A program made the position numbers and the translations under genes. Below are positions 9,948 through 19,542 of a stretch of DNA of 64,000 nucleotides, piece by piece (the stretch's first letter is position 1; the number at the start of each line of letters is the position of its first letter). Source of the stretch: Spirochaetia bacterium. GTDB lineage: Bacteria; Spirochaetota; Spirochaetia; DSM-2461. The stretch spans positions 4,416,001-4,480,000 of the forward strand of contig OY764216.1 in assembly GCA_963668315.1 (NCBI GenBank), in the 5' to 3' direction. The notes under the pieces are model-generated. The model saw only the letters and a list, made by a program, of their open reading frames with translations. It had not been told where the DNA came from and did not search any database.

Positions 9948-12002
9948 CTAGGAGGAAAAAATCGGATTTAGCTGATCCTTCTTCCCGTAGTCGGGATTTC
10001 TCTTAAGAAGCTCCTCGGCGATTTCCCTGGCTTTGCCCTTGTCACCCATGGCAAAATAGACATTGGCCAGATGAAAATAGGCATCCCAGTAGGACGGATC
10101 CTGCTCGATAACCTTCTCCAGCTGGACAACGGCCTTCTCATTCTCTTCCATGGCTATATACCCCAGAGCCAGATTATAGCGGATCAGCGGATCGGACGGT
10201 GTGGCGGTCATGGCCTTCTCATACCACTGAATACTGCTTTCGTACTGCTCCATATGAAGGAAGACACTGCCCAGATTGTTCCAGACAAGCACATTCTTCG
10301 TATCCGCCTTGTAGGCTTCCTGCAGATACTGCAGGGCGGTCATATAATCGCCGCGGCTGTCGAGTATCTTGCCGAGATTGATTCTCGGCAGAGCGTAGGA
10401 AGCGTCCAGGGCGGCGGATTTCTTATAGATTTCCAGGGCCTGATCTTCCAGTCCGACACCCTCCGCCGCCTGCCCCATGGTATAGAGATAGGCCGCGTTT
10501 GTCGGCTCGGCCTGCACGGCTTTGGTAGACCAGCTGAGGGAAGAGGAGTAATCCCCCATTTTCATATAGCATATGGCCATGTTGGACATGGCATCGGCCC
10601 TTCCCGGATCAAGTTCCAGAGACTTCTCGTAACTGTTAACGCCGTTTATATAGTCTTCGGAAAGGGTATACACACCGCCCAGAGAACGGTAGTACCGGGC
10701 GTCCTCCTTAATCTGCGTCGCCAAAGTCAGATAGTGGATGGCCTGCCCCAGATTACCCGTGGTGGTAAAGGCTTTTCCCGCTTCAAAGAAGCTGGCCGCA
10801 TGATCGGGTCTCAGCTGACAGCTTTTCAGGAAAGAAGCCAGGGCGTTCTGTTTGTCACTCAGCCTGTTCTGGGTCAGTCCCATGGCGTAATAGTTGCCCT
10901 CGTAGGCGCTGTTGAGCATTTCCACCTTCTTGAAGGAGTTCAGCGCTTCTTTATAGAGCTGATTCCGGTACTGGAGGATACCCAGGGAGTAGTAGATCTC
11001 CGGACTGGTCCCGTTCAGGCCGGCCGCCTTCATATAATTCTCAATAGCCTCAAGGTCATCGTCTTCGCTCTCAGCGATCTGGCCCAGGTAATAGTAAGTC
11101 TCCCAGTCCTCGGGATCCTCCCTCAGCGCCTCTTCCAGATACTCCTTGGCCTTATCCCGGTTGGCAGGATTATCACGGTTTTCGTCAAACCAGCTCTGTC
11201 CCAGAAGGGAATGGGCCCGTCCGTTATCCGGATCCATCTCCAGAACCTGATTCAAAAGACGGCGGGCGCCGGCATAATCGCCTTCATCCAGGGCGTCCTC
11301 GGCCTGATCGAGAAGGGACTGGACTCTCTTTTCCTGATCCTCCCTGGCTTTCCGGTCGGCTTCGCTTTCGGCGGCTTTCTTAAGCTCTTCCGCTTCCCTC
11401 TTCAGGTTCTGCGCCTCGTAGGAACCGGGGTCTATGGATAGGGCCTGCTTGGCCAGATTTATCGCCCTGTCGTATTCCTTGTTATCGAGAGCTTCCCGGG
11501 CCTGGTCAATAAGGTCGGAGACCTGCTGCTCCTTGAGAAGCTGTTTTCTGCGGGCTTCCTCTTCCGCGGCCAGCCTTGCCGCCTTCTCCGCGGGGGACTC
11601 CTGATTCTGGTTCTGATTCTGCAGGGTGCTGCTCAGCTCCTGCAGCCCCTTGGAAAGCTCCTCATTCTGCGCTTTCAAAGCGTCAAGTTCGGCCTGGCGG
11701 GCCTCTTCATCGACCTGTTTGCGCGCCTGGAGCACGGAATCCCTCAGGTCCTTTGCCTCCTGATCCCGGGGATCGCTCAGCAGGAGGTCATTGATAAGAT
11801 CAAGGGCCATATCATACTCGCCCTGGTCGGCATATTCGGAGGCCAGGATAAGCATATTGGCCCTCCTCTCAGCCGCTTCATCGGCCTGATTAACCGTTAC
11901 ATCTCCCCCGTCGCCGCCTCGGCCGCGCAGGAAAAAAAAGAGCCCCGTTCCCAGTAATAGGGCCAGGGCAGCTCCTATGATTATCACTTTCTTGTTATCC
12001 AC
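9948..12002 (-). CDS. Membrane-anchored TPR-repeat protein
   Basis: N-terminal TM anchor, coiled coil, many TPR repeats. Confidence 0.9.
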   Translation of the reverse strand: MDNKKVIIIGAALALLLGTGLFFFLRGRGGDGGDVTVNQADEAAERRANMLILASEYADQGEYDMALDLINDLLLSDPRDQEAKDLRDSVLQARKQVDEEARQAELDALKAQNEELSKGLQELSSTLQNQNQNQESPAEKAARLAAEEEARRKQLLKEQQVSDLIDQAREALDNKEYDRAINLAKQALSIDPGSYEAQNLKREAEELKKAAESEADRKAREDQEKRVQSLLDQAEDALDEGDYAGARRLLNQVLEMDPDNGRAHSLLGQSWFDENRDNPANRDKAKEYLEEALREDPEDWETYYYLGQIAESEDDDLEAIENYMKAAGLNGTSPEIYYSLGILQYRNQLYKEALNSFKKVEMLNSAYEGNYYAMGLTQNRLSDKQNALASFLKSCQLRPDHAASFFEAGKAFTTTGNLGQAIHYLTLATQIKEDARYYRSLGGVYTLSEDYINGVNSYEKSLELDPGRADAMSNMAICYMKMGDYSSSLSWSTKAVQAEPTNAAYLYTMGQAAEGVGLEDQALEIYKKSAALDASYALPRINLGKILDSRGDYMTALQYLQEAYKADTKNVLVWNNLGSVFLHMEQYESSIQWYEKAMTATPSDPLIRYNLALGYIAMEENEKAVVQLEKVIEQDPSYWDAYFHLANVYFAMGDKGKAREIAEELLKRNPDYGKKDQLNPIFSS

Positions 12003-12007
12003 AGAAA

Positions 12008-12757
12008 TTACTCCTCGATATCGGAATCTTCATCCTCTATGACAATATCTTCGGTTCCGGCGCCGAGAACTTGAGTCTCCTCGCCCACCCCCTCGAGGGA
12101 TGCCAGTATTTCATCCAGCAGAGCCTGCTGTTTGGCCGCTTCTTCCGCCGCCAGACGCTCGGCCTCCTGCCTGCGGGCCTCTTCGAGAGCCGCCTGCTGC
12201 GCCGCAAGCTTCTCCTTTTCCGCCTCGTCGGCCATCTTCTGGGTAAGCAGGGCTATCATCCTTTCAATCTCGCTCCTCTGGGATGTCAGCGGTTCGAGAC
12301 TCAGATAGGCCGTGTAATCGGCCACGGCTCCGGAGTAGTCTCCCAGGGAGAGATAACAGTTGGCCCTGTTGAGGGTCGCGCCGGAACGGTATTCCGATGA
12401 ACCGGCCGCGATTTCCGAATAGAGGGTTACGGCGTCCTCCTTGCGGTTCATGGTGTAATACATGTTCGCCAGGTTGAAAGCCAGGTTTTCCCTGTGTATC
12501 CCGTAAAGGGTCATTCCCTGTCTGAGGGCGGCTTCCGCCTCATCGTAACGGTTCTGTTTCTGATAGACAGCCCCGAGAAGCAGGTAGACATCATCCCGGG
12601 AAGGTTCCTCCGCCTGCGCCTTTTTAAGAGCCGTTTCTGCAGCGTCAAGACGGGATTCCCGGTAAGCCTCCACGGCGTCGTCATAGGACCTCCCGGCGAG
12701 AAGAGAGGCCCAGAAACCGCATAAAAGGATCAAAGAGAGCCATTTTTTTCTATTCAT
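12008..12757 (-). CDS. Exported TPR-repeat protein
   Basis: Signal peptide, TPR repeats, coiled coil, acidic tail. Confidence 0.85.
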   Translation of the reverse strand: MNRKKWLSLILLCGFWASLLAGRSYDDAVEAYRESRLDAAETALKKAQAEEPSRDDVYLLLGAVYQKQNRYDEAEAALRQGMTLYGIHRENLAFNLANMYYTMNRKEDAVTLYSEIAAGSSEYRSGATLNRANCYLSLGDYSGAVADYTAYLSLEPLTSQRSEIERMIALLTQKMADEAEKEKLAAQQAALEEARRQEAERLAAEEAAKQQALLDEILASLEGVGEETQVLGAGTEDIVIEDEDSDIEE

Positions 12758-12859
12758 AACCTTTTCCGCCTCCCATTTATTTGACTAATTCCCTGAAAGG
12801 GATTAACCTAAATACATTATAGAGCAATAGCTATTATCTTACTACTTTATCGGACGAAT

Positions 12860-14248
12860 ATGGATACAATTGTTATCATTATTTTGGCATCGGTTCTCTT
12901 CGGCGGACTGGGTGTTTTCATTTACTTCATCATTCGCATGATTCTCAAGCCCCAGCAGGTGGGCAGTCTTGCCACCATGGTCAACCAGGGAAAAACCTCC
13001 CAGGCGATACGGGTGGCGAAGCAGCTCCTGCAGAAGGATGCGAGGGATTGCGAAACCCATTACCTCCTTGGGAAAGCCCTGCTGCAGGACGGTAAGGACG
13101 AGCTGGCTCTCATGGAATACAAGACGGTCAACCAGATCGGCGATTTCAAGGGGAGCCTCAAGGAGTCCCTGTTCCGCCGGGAAATGGCCGACCTCTATCT
13201 CAAATTCGATCAGAACGAAGAGGCGCTCAAGGAGTATCTTCTTCTCATACAGAAGGAACCGAACGACGCGTCGCACTATTATAAGGCGGGTTTGATATTC
13301 GAAAAGCGGAAGAAACCCGTGCAGGCATTGAATTACTATAAGAGAGCCATCAATATTGATCCCGGCAACAGCGATGCCTATATGCATCTGGGAATGCTTC
13401 TTTATGCCGCCAAGAAGGAAAACGACGCCAAAACGGTTCTGGAGAAAGCCCTCAAGCTGAACAAATCCAATCATCAAGCCTACTATTTCCTGGGGAAAAT
13501 CAACAAGGACCAGAAGAATTATTCCTCCGCCATAGAGTATTTCGAACAGGGGCAGAAAGATCCGGTCTTCAAGATCAAGTGCCTCATAGAGCGGGGCATC
13601 TGCCTTATCATGATCAAGAATTTCGACCAGGCCATGACAGACCTGGAGCGTGTTCTCCGACTGATAGAAACGGAGAAGGCGGGGGAACGGGAGATTCTTT
13701 TCGCCCGCTACTTTTTGGCCATGTGCTATGAGAAAAACAGGAAACTGGATCAGGCGATAAGTCAGTGGGAGACGATCTACACCAAGGATAAGAATTTCAA
13801 GGATGTGGCGGAGAAGCTCAGCCAGTTCCAGGATCTCCGCTCCGACGACGTCATGAAGGATTACATGACCGCCACCAACGCCCGGTTCGAAGACCTCTGC
13901 CTGGCCGTGGCCGATCAGCTTAACCACAGCGTGACCGACGTACAGACGGTTAAACAGGGGTTGCGCATCTTCGTGGTGGAAAAAAACACCGGCCAGTGGA
14001 GAAACGCCCGGAAGTTCCCCAAACTCATGCTGTTCCTCAGGAACACATCGAACGTGGATCTGCCTGTGATCCGGGATTTTCACGAGGATCTGACCAATTT
14101 CAAGGTGACCCGGGGCATGATCTTCTCGGGAACTCAATTTACCCGTTCGGCCATGGAATTCGCCGAGCCCAGACCTATCGAAATCTATGATAAGGAAAAA
14201 CTGCTGGCCCTGCTCCATGAAGTGAACAAAAAGGGCAAGGAAAAATGA
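12860..14248 (+). CDS. Membrane-anchored TPR protein with C-terminal Mrr-like restriction-endonuclease fold (degenerate)
   Basis: N-terminal TM, TPRs, C-terminal FEDLC...RGMIFSGTQFTRSAMEFAEPRPIEIYDKEKL resembling Mrr_cat. Confidence 0.8.
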   Translation: MDTIVIIILASVLFGGLGVFIYFIIRMILKPQQVGSLATMVNQGKTSQAIRVAKQLLQKDARDCETHYLLGKALLQDGKDELALMEYKTVNQIGDFKGSLKESLFRREMADLYLKFDQNEEALKEYLLLIQKEPNDASHYYKAGLIFEKRKKPVQALNYYKRAINIDPGNSDAYMHLGMLLYAAKKENDAKTVLEKALKLNKSNHQAYYFLGKINKDQKNYSSAIEYFEQGQKDPVFKIKCLIERGICLIMIKNFDQAMTDLERVLRLIETEKAGEREILFARYFLAMCYEKNRKLDQAISQWETIYTKDKNFKDVAEKLSQFQDLRSDDVMKDYMTATNARFEDLCLAVADQLNHSVTDVQTVKQGLRIFVVEKNTGQWRNARKFPKLMLFLRNTSNVDLPVIRDFHEDLTNFKVTRGMIFSGTQFTRSAMEFAEPRPIEIYDKEKLLALLHEVNKKGKEK

Positions 14249-14919
14249 AAATTCTCTGTGTTGCCGACCATGTTGACCCTCTGGTGTACTCCAGCAGCAT
14301 TAAGGAACGCTTCAAGGATGTGGATCTTGTTCTGGGCGCGGGAGACCTCCCCATCAGCTATTACGAGTACATCATCTCCTGCATGAACAAGCGTCTCTAC
14401 TTCGTTTTCGGCAATCACAATCTCAAAAGGATGTCCCATTTCAAGGGCAAGGAGCCCTTCTCCGACATAGGCTCCTCCATGGACGACGGGATTTCCAACA
14501 ATTTCGGCTCCACCTTCATCGGGGGGAAAGTTCTCTACCTGAAGGACAAGGATCTGATTATCGCCGGGCTGGGGGGCAGCATGAAGTACAACAAGGGTCC
14601 CAACCAGTTCACCGAATGGGGCATGTACAGGCTGATGTTCCGCCTTGTTCCCAGGCTTATCTGGAACAAGATAGTTCACGGCCGTTATCTGGATATTCTC
14701 CTCACCCATGCATCACCCCGGGCCATTCACGACAAGAAGGACCGCTGCCACAGAGGCTTCAGAGCCTTTCTCTGGTTCATGAGAAAATTCAAGCCGGCCT
14801 ATCTCATTCACGGTCATATTCATATATACGACCAGACCACCATCAGAAAAACACGATACCTGGATACCATAGTGCTCAACGCCTATGACCATATCGTCGT
14901 AGATTATAAAAGGGATTAA
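14245..14919 (+). CDS. Calcineurin-like metallophosphoesterase
   Basis: ADH, GDL, GNH, THA and HGHIH motifs; ATGA overlap with the upstream gene. Confidence 0.9.
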   Translation: MKILCVADHVDPLVYSSSIKERFKDVDLVLGAGDLPISYYEYIISCMNKRLYFVFGNHNLKRMSHFKGKEPFSDIGSSMDDGISNNFGSTFIGGKVLYLKDKDLIIAGLGGSMKYNKGPNQFTEWGMYRLMFRLVPRLIWNKIVHGRYLDILLTHASPRAIHDKKDRCHRGFRAFLWFMRKFKPAYLIHGHIHIYDQTTIRKTRYLDTIVLNAYDHIVVDYKRD

Positions 14920-14924
14920 TTACT

Positions 14925-15875
14925 ATGTCAGATGCTTACATCAGAGATCAGATTGATCAGGACTTTGACAAAGCGAAAGGAAAAGCCCTCTTTGAAAGTA
15001 TTTTCAATATCATGAGGCCTGAGAAGAGAGAACTGCTCTCTTTCTACAGCATAAAGGAACTTATCAAGCCCCGCTCCGAAACATATCAGGGAATGAAAGT
15101 TGTCAACATCAGCGATATCGTGGGAAGCGAGGGCAGGTATAACGATTTCAACAAGACCTTCCTCCCCAAAAGGGAGCATTTGAGAAACCGCTGGACCAGC
15201 ATCGACTCGGCCTATTACAAAGACGTGAATCTGCCTCCCATCAAGCTGTACAAGCTGGGAGACGTCTATTTCGTCAGAGACGGCAACCACCGGGTTTCCG
15301 TCGCCAGGACACAGGGGATAGAAGCTATCGATGCGGAAGTGACAGAACTCTCCGCCCATATCCATATCACCAAGGATATGACCATGGCGGATATCAAGAA
15401 GGAGCTGATCAAGTACGAAAGAAAACGCGTGCTGAAGTCGACCAAACTGGATAAGGCCATCGATATGGAAGAGATTCACTTTACCGCTACGGGCCGCTAC
15501 GATGAGCTGCTGCGCCATATTCTGGGACACAAATACTACATAAACCAGGACAAGAAAGAGGAGATAAGCTTCTCCGAAGCCGCAAAATCCTGGTACGAGA
15601 ATATCTTCAAGCCCATCAAGAATATCATACAGGAAAACAACCTCGTCTCCCGCTTCCCCGGCAGAACCGAGGCGGATATCTATATGTGGGTGGTCAAGCA
15701 CTGGGACATGCTCAAGAACAAATACGGCCAGGACTACCCGATGGAGGAAGCCGCCGTGGAATACTCCAATATATACGGGAAATCCAAAAGGCAGCAGTTT
15801 CTCGCCCGGGCGAAAAAGGCTTTGAAGAAGCTCATTACCCGCGAGGACGTTCACTCCACCGACGAGGAGAAGTAA
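14925..15875 (+). CDS. ParB/Srx-like domain plus DUF4032-like protein
   Basis: IVGSEGRY, LPPIKLYK, YFVRDGNHRVSVAR (ParB/Srx signature), C-terminal HKYY...FPGRTEADIY. Confidence 0.78.
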   Translation: MSDAYIRDQIDQDFDKAKGKALFESIFNIMRPEKRELLSFYSIKELIKPRSETYQGMKVVNISDIVGSEGRYNDFNKTFLPKREHLRNRWTSIDSAYYKDVNLPPIKLYKLGDVYFVRDGNHRVSVARTQGIEAIDAEVTELSAHIHITKDMTMADIKKELIKYERKRVLKSTKLDKAIDMEEIHFTATGRYDELLRHILGHKYYINQDKKEEISFSEAAKSWYENIFKPIKNIIQENNLVSRFPGRTEADIYMWVVKHWDMLKNKYGQDYPMEEAAVEYSNIYGKSKRQQFLARAKKALKKLITREDVHSTDEEK

Positions 15876-16525
15876 GGTCCCTCACGGTAGCAGGTCATTC
15901 GTGACCGGTCGAACATCATCAGATAAAAGGAAGCACCGGTTCCGTCCAGATAGTCGGCGGGAGAAAATGTCTCGCCCACAGGAACGGTGACAGGGGCTTC
16001 CTCTCCGTCCTCCCCCCCGGAAAGGAGAAACCAGGTCCCTTTCGACGCCGTGACGAGAGCCGTCTCCTTTTCTGTGTCGATATGGGTCTGGAAAGATCCC
16101 GCCTCCTCCTCGGAAAGCCATCCTTCCAGGTCCAGACGCCTGCGGTCTTCCCGTCCTCCCTTATCCTCGAGGATAAGCTCATAGGCTCCCTCTTCAAAGG
16201 GCTCAGACCGGGTGGACCTGAAACGGCTGCTTCCCAGCCAGGTCACCCCGTCTTTCTCATATTTACTCCAGGCGGATGAATCGACTTTCCATGTCAGCTC
16301 CCTGTCCGCCCGGGTCAGGCGCAGTTCGGCAAGATCCCCGTCGCCCTCTTCGTCATCAACCTGGACATAAAGCATGAGTTCCCGGGAAAAACCTTCCCCC
16401 CCGGAATCTTTTACCGTGACCGGCATCCACCAGACATCCCTGACGGCGGGAGGATTATTGGTGCATCCGGCCAGCAGGACGGCGAGTAGAATCCCGGTCA
16501 GGGCGCGTCTATTCCGCCGCTTCAC
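15851..16525 (-). CDS. Hypothetical lipoprotein
   Basis: KRRNRRALTGILLAVLLAGC lipobox; overlaps the SelB-like gene. Confidence 0.75.
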   Translation of the reverse strand: MKRRNRRALTGILLAVLLAGCTNNPPAVRDVWWMPVTVKDSGGEGFSRELMLYVQVDDEEGDGDLAELRLTRADRELTWKVDSSAWSKYEKDGVTWLGSSRFRSTRSEPFEEGAYELILEDKGGREDRRRLDLEGWLSEEEAGSFQTHIDTEKETALVTASKGTWFLLSGGEDGEEAPVTVPVGETFSPADYLDGTGASFYLMMFDRSRMTCYREGPYFSSSVE

Positions 16526-17702
16526 GGATATCTCCCCGATTCACCAGAAGACCGTCCTTCTCCATCCAGTCCAGCAGGATAAGCAGCTCCCTCCGGCTCA
16601 GAGGAGAATGTTCCCGTATGTCCCCCAGAGGGGCGGGGCCATGATCCCTGAGGAGACTCAGGATATCACCGGAAAGCTTACCGTAGGCTTCGGCGGTCAT
16701 AACAAGCCCCTCGGCATAGCGCACAAGGCCCATCCGTCCCATGGCTTCCCAGTTTTCCCGGGCCCCCCGATCGGAGGATTTATCCGGATTCCCATAGCCC
16801 GCGCCCTCCTTCAGAAGGAGAAGCTGCCTCCTGGCCATGGGCGAAAGGGAATCCTCCCGGTCCGCCCCGGGCAGAAGATACCATCCGCCCGACTGGACAA
16901 GTTCACCCCGTTCCAGCATCATATCGCGTACATGCCGTTCCAGAGGCTCCTTCCCCTCCCGTTCGGAAGTCCCCCCCATGGCGGAGGCCTTCTTGCGGAT
17001 TTTGGCGGACATCTGCTTGTACCGGGAAGAACGGATGAGCAGATCCTCCCCCGCTTCGCACCGGGGGAGCACCACATCGGCATACTCCCGGGGCTTCAGG
17101 GCGAATCCGTGCAGCCCCAGTTCAAAGGCGAGGAACTCCCGGAAAAGATCGTCCTGGTCCTTCCAGGAGGAGAGGGCCTTGCCGGCGAAATTCCGGTCCG
17201 CCCGGCTCACTTCCCCCCTGGCGACCAGCATAAGAGGCTCGTCGATCCGGAGAAAATGGTACCAGGCGCCCTTGATGCCCAGAACAGGTTCGGAAAATTC
17301 CGCCCGGGCCAGGCATCCGGTAAACTCGAAGTTCACCTTGACCATCTTCTTGCCCAGGGGGTCCCGGACAAGGGTGGTCACCGTTCGGGATGAATCCCCG
17401 GCGTACTCCGTGCCCCGGGGGCAGTAAAAAAGGGCTTTGCGGCAGGAACCGCTGTCCCAGTCCCGGGGAAGTATCCGGTCGCCCTGTCTGACCTGATGAT
17501 GGGCCAGTCCCTTGACCGACAGCTCGTATACCCCCGCTGCCAGAGGCTTGGCTTCCTTGAGGCGGACCGGTTTGAGCGAAGGCCAGTGAACCGCCTTACG
17601 CCCCGGCAGAAACCCGCCGTTCAAAGCCTTAGCCGAAAGGGTGAATCCTCGGGAACCTTTCATTACCGACTTTATCCTGTAACCGGGTACATTTCTTTCC
17701 AT
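16509..17702 (-). CDS. SelB-like protein (domain II-like N-terminus, C-terminal winged helix) lacking the GTPase domain
   Basis: LSVKGLAHHQVRQGDRIL resembles SelB/EF-Tu domain II; C-terminal GDIREHSPLSRRELLILLDWMEKDGLLVNRGDIR resembles SelB WH4; no P-loop; ATG at 17702 preferred. Confidence 0.6.
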   Translation of the reverse strand: MERNVPGYRIKSVMKGSRGFTLSAKALNGGFLPGRKAVHWPSLKPVRLKEAKPLAAGVYELSVKGLAHHQVRQGDRILPRDWDSGSCRKALFYCPRGTEYAGDSSRTVTTLVRDPLGKKMVKVNFEFTGCLARAEFSEPVLGIKGAWYHFLRIDEPLMLVARGEVSRADRNFAGKALSSWKDQDDLFREFLAFELGLHGFALKPREYADVVLPRCEAGEDLLIRSSRYKQMSAKIRKKASAMGGTSEREGKEPLERHVRDMMLERGELVQSGGWYLLPGADREDSLSPMARRQLLLLKEGAGYGNPDKSSDRGARENWEAMGRMGLVRYAEGLVMTAEAYGKLSGDILSLLRDHGPAPLGDIREHSPLSRRELLILLDWMEKDGLLVNRGDIREAAE

Positions 17703-17742
17703 ATATTTACTATACAATCCTTTTCGTCATATTATAAGGGGG

Positions 17743-19542
17743 ATGGAAGAAAAACTGACTCTCCGGGACGCAGCCCGGAAACTGGGAGTATCACCCGCCA
17801 CCGTTCAGAACTGGTGCCGTACGGGTCTTCTACCCTCCCTGACAGACAGGAGTGTATCTGATTTTCTCAATGATAGGAATAGGGAACCCCGCCTTACCAG
17901 CCGGGCGAACAAAAGCCGGTCCCGAAGGGCCTTTTCTCCATCGGAATACGGGTCGGGCGATCTGAAATCCATACCGGCCTTCGTAAGGCAGCAGAAATGG
18001 ACCTCAGAGGAAGCCCTCTACTACGCCTTTGAAGACCTCACCGGACGGTACGGGACTCCTCCCCGGAATCCCTTCTTCTCCCGGGAGATGGACGCCTGGA
18101 AAGAAAAGATAGCCCCGGCGGAAAAGAGCGGGCGTCCCCCCTATCCGGAGGCCATTCTTTCGGTGGAAGACTTTCCCGGCTGGCTCTACCAGACTCTTCA
18201 GAAAGAAGGGATAAAGTCGGCCAACGGCTCCTACTACACCGCCCCCGATCTGGTGGAGGACCTCCTGGGACACGTCCTGAGCGGCAAAGAGGGGGAAACG
18301 TTTTTCGATCCCTGCTGCGGTACGGGGGGCTTTCTCCTTCCCGCCGCCCGTTTCCTGGGCGATCCGGAGAGGGTCTGCGGCCAGGACAGGGATCCCCTGG
18401 CCGTCCGTCTGGCCCGCCTTAACCTGATGAGGCTTTTTCCTGAGCGTTCCTTCGATCCCTCGGTCTATCGGGGCGATTCGCTCCTCCGTCCCCACCGCCT
18501 CCTCAGGGAGAGGACCTTCAGCGCCATCGCCACCAATCCCCCCTGGGGCTCCCGTTTTTCCCCCGAGCAGAAAGCCCTCCTTCTTTCAAAGTACGCTTTG
18601 AGCTCGGGGGAATCGGCCTCCCTTTTCATTCTGGCTTCGCTGGACTGGCTGTCTCCCGGAGGCAGGGCCTGCCTTCTCCTTCCCGAAAGCCTCCTCCACC
18701 GGCAGCGTCACAGGGATATCAGAGACAGGATAGGAGAGAAGACGGAGAGAATCGACTGGTACGGCCACAGATTCACCCGTGTGCAGTCTGAATGCTTCGC
18801 CCTGACCCTTAACGGCAGTGCCCCGGGGAAAAGCCGTCTGACCATACGGACCGGAGAGAAGGAGTACGAACGGGAAAAATCCTCCTTCGCCGGCCGGCCT
18901 TTCCATCTGTGGGACATCTTCACCTCCCCCGAAGACGGGGAGATATTCGGAAAGTTATTCCAAAGGGAACACCGCCTCCTCGGGGAGGGGGCCCGATGGG
19001 GCCTGGGAATCGTCACCGGAAACAACGGGGAAAGACTTCTGCCTGATTCCGGGGGCCGCCCCATACTGAGCGGACGGAATATCTCCCCCTTCAACATAGG
19101 GGAACCGGAGCTCTTTATCGATTATGACGACGTACGGCTCCATCAGAAAGCACCCCGGGAGCTCTATGACAGCCGGAAGATCGTTTACCGTTTCATCGCC
19201 TCCCGCCCCGTGGCCGCCTGGGACGACCGGGGCTGTCTGACCCTCAACTCGGTAAATTTTCTGATCCCCGGCGATGAGATCGATCCGGTCATAGCCGTTC
19301 TTCTTCTGAATTCAGACCTGTACGGAGAGTATTTCGAAAAAACCTTCCATACCCTGAAAATCCTTCGGGGCCAGCTGGAGACCCTGCCCGTCCCCCTGCT
19401 GACCCTTCGGGAGGAGGAAGAGTTGAAAGCCCTCTATCCCCGCATCAGGGAAAATTATCCCCGGAATAGAGAAAAATTGAACCGTCTGACCGCCTCGCTG
19501 TTCGGATTGACGGAAAAGGAGAGACAGCACATTGAAGGATAA
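17743..19542 (+). CDS. Orphan N6-adenine DNA methyltransferase (gamma class, TaqI-like C-terminus) with N-terminal HTH
   Basis: Reads on the + strand (ATGGAAGAA at 17743, TAA at 19540-19542) although the track says '-'. GSYYT, FFDPCCGTGGF, ATNPPWG, GLGIVTGNN, KIVYRFI. Confidence 0.9.
   Translation: MEEKLTLRDAARKLGVSPATVQNWCRTGLLPSLTDRSVSDFLNDRNREPRLTSRANKSRSRRAFSPSEYGSGDLKSIPAFVRQQKWTSEEALYYAFEDLTGRYGTPPRNPFFSREMDAWKEKIAPAEKSGRPPYPEAILSVEDFPGWLYQTLQKEGIKSANGSYYTAPDLVEDLLGHVLSGKEGETFFDPCCGTGGFLLPAARFLGDPERVCGQDRDPLAVRLARLNLMRLFPERSFDPSVYRGDSLLRPHRLLRERTFSAIATNPPWGSRFSPEQKALLLSKYALSSGESASLFILASLDWLSPGGRACLLLPESLLHRQRHRDIRDRIGEKTERIDWYGHRFTRVQSECFALTLNGSAPGKSRLTIRTGEKEYEREKSSFAGRPFHLWDIFTSPEDGEIFGKLFQREHRLLGEGARWGLGIVTGNNGERLLPDSGGRPILSGRNISPFNIGEPELFIDYDDVRLHQKAPRELYDSRKIVYRFIASRPVAAWDDRGCLTLNSVNFLIPGDEIDPVIAVLLLNSDLYGEYFEKTFHTLKILRGQLETLPVPLLTLREEEELKALYPRIRENYPRNREKLNRLTASLFGLTEKERQHIEG

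Noticed and set aside
10071..14218. 456-aa and 458-aa ORFs opposite the TPR genes
   Set aside because: Antisense shadows; the TPR frames carry the real repeats.
17743..19542. Track label placing the 599-aa methyltransferase on the minus strand
   Set aside because: The listed protein is read directly from the + strand (ATG GAA GAA AAA at 17743, TAA at 19540-19542), so the label is wrong.
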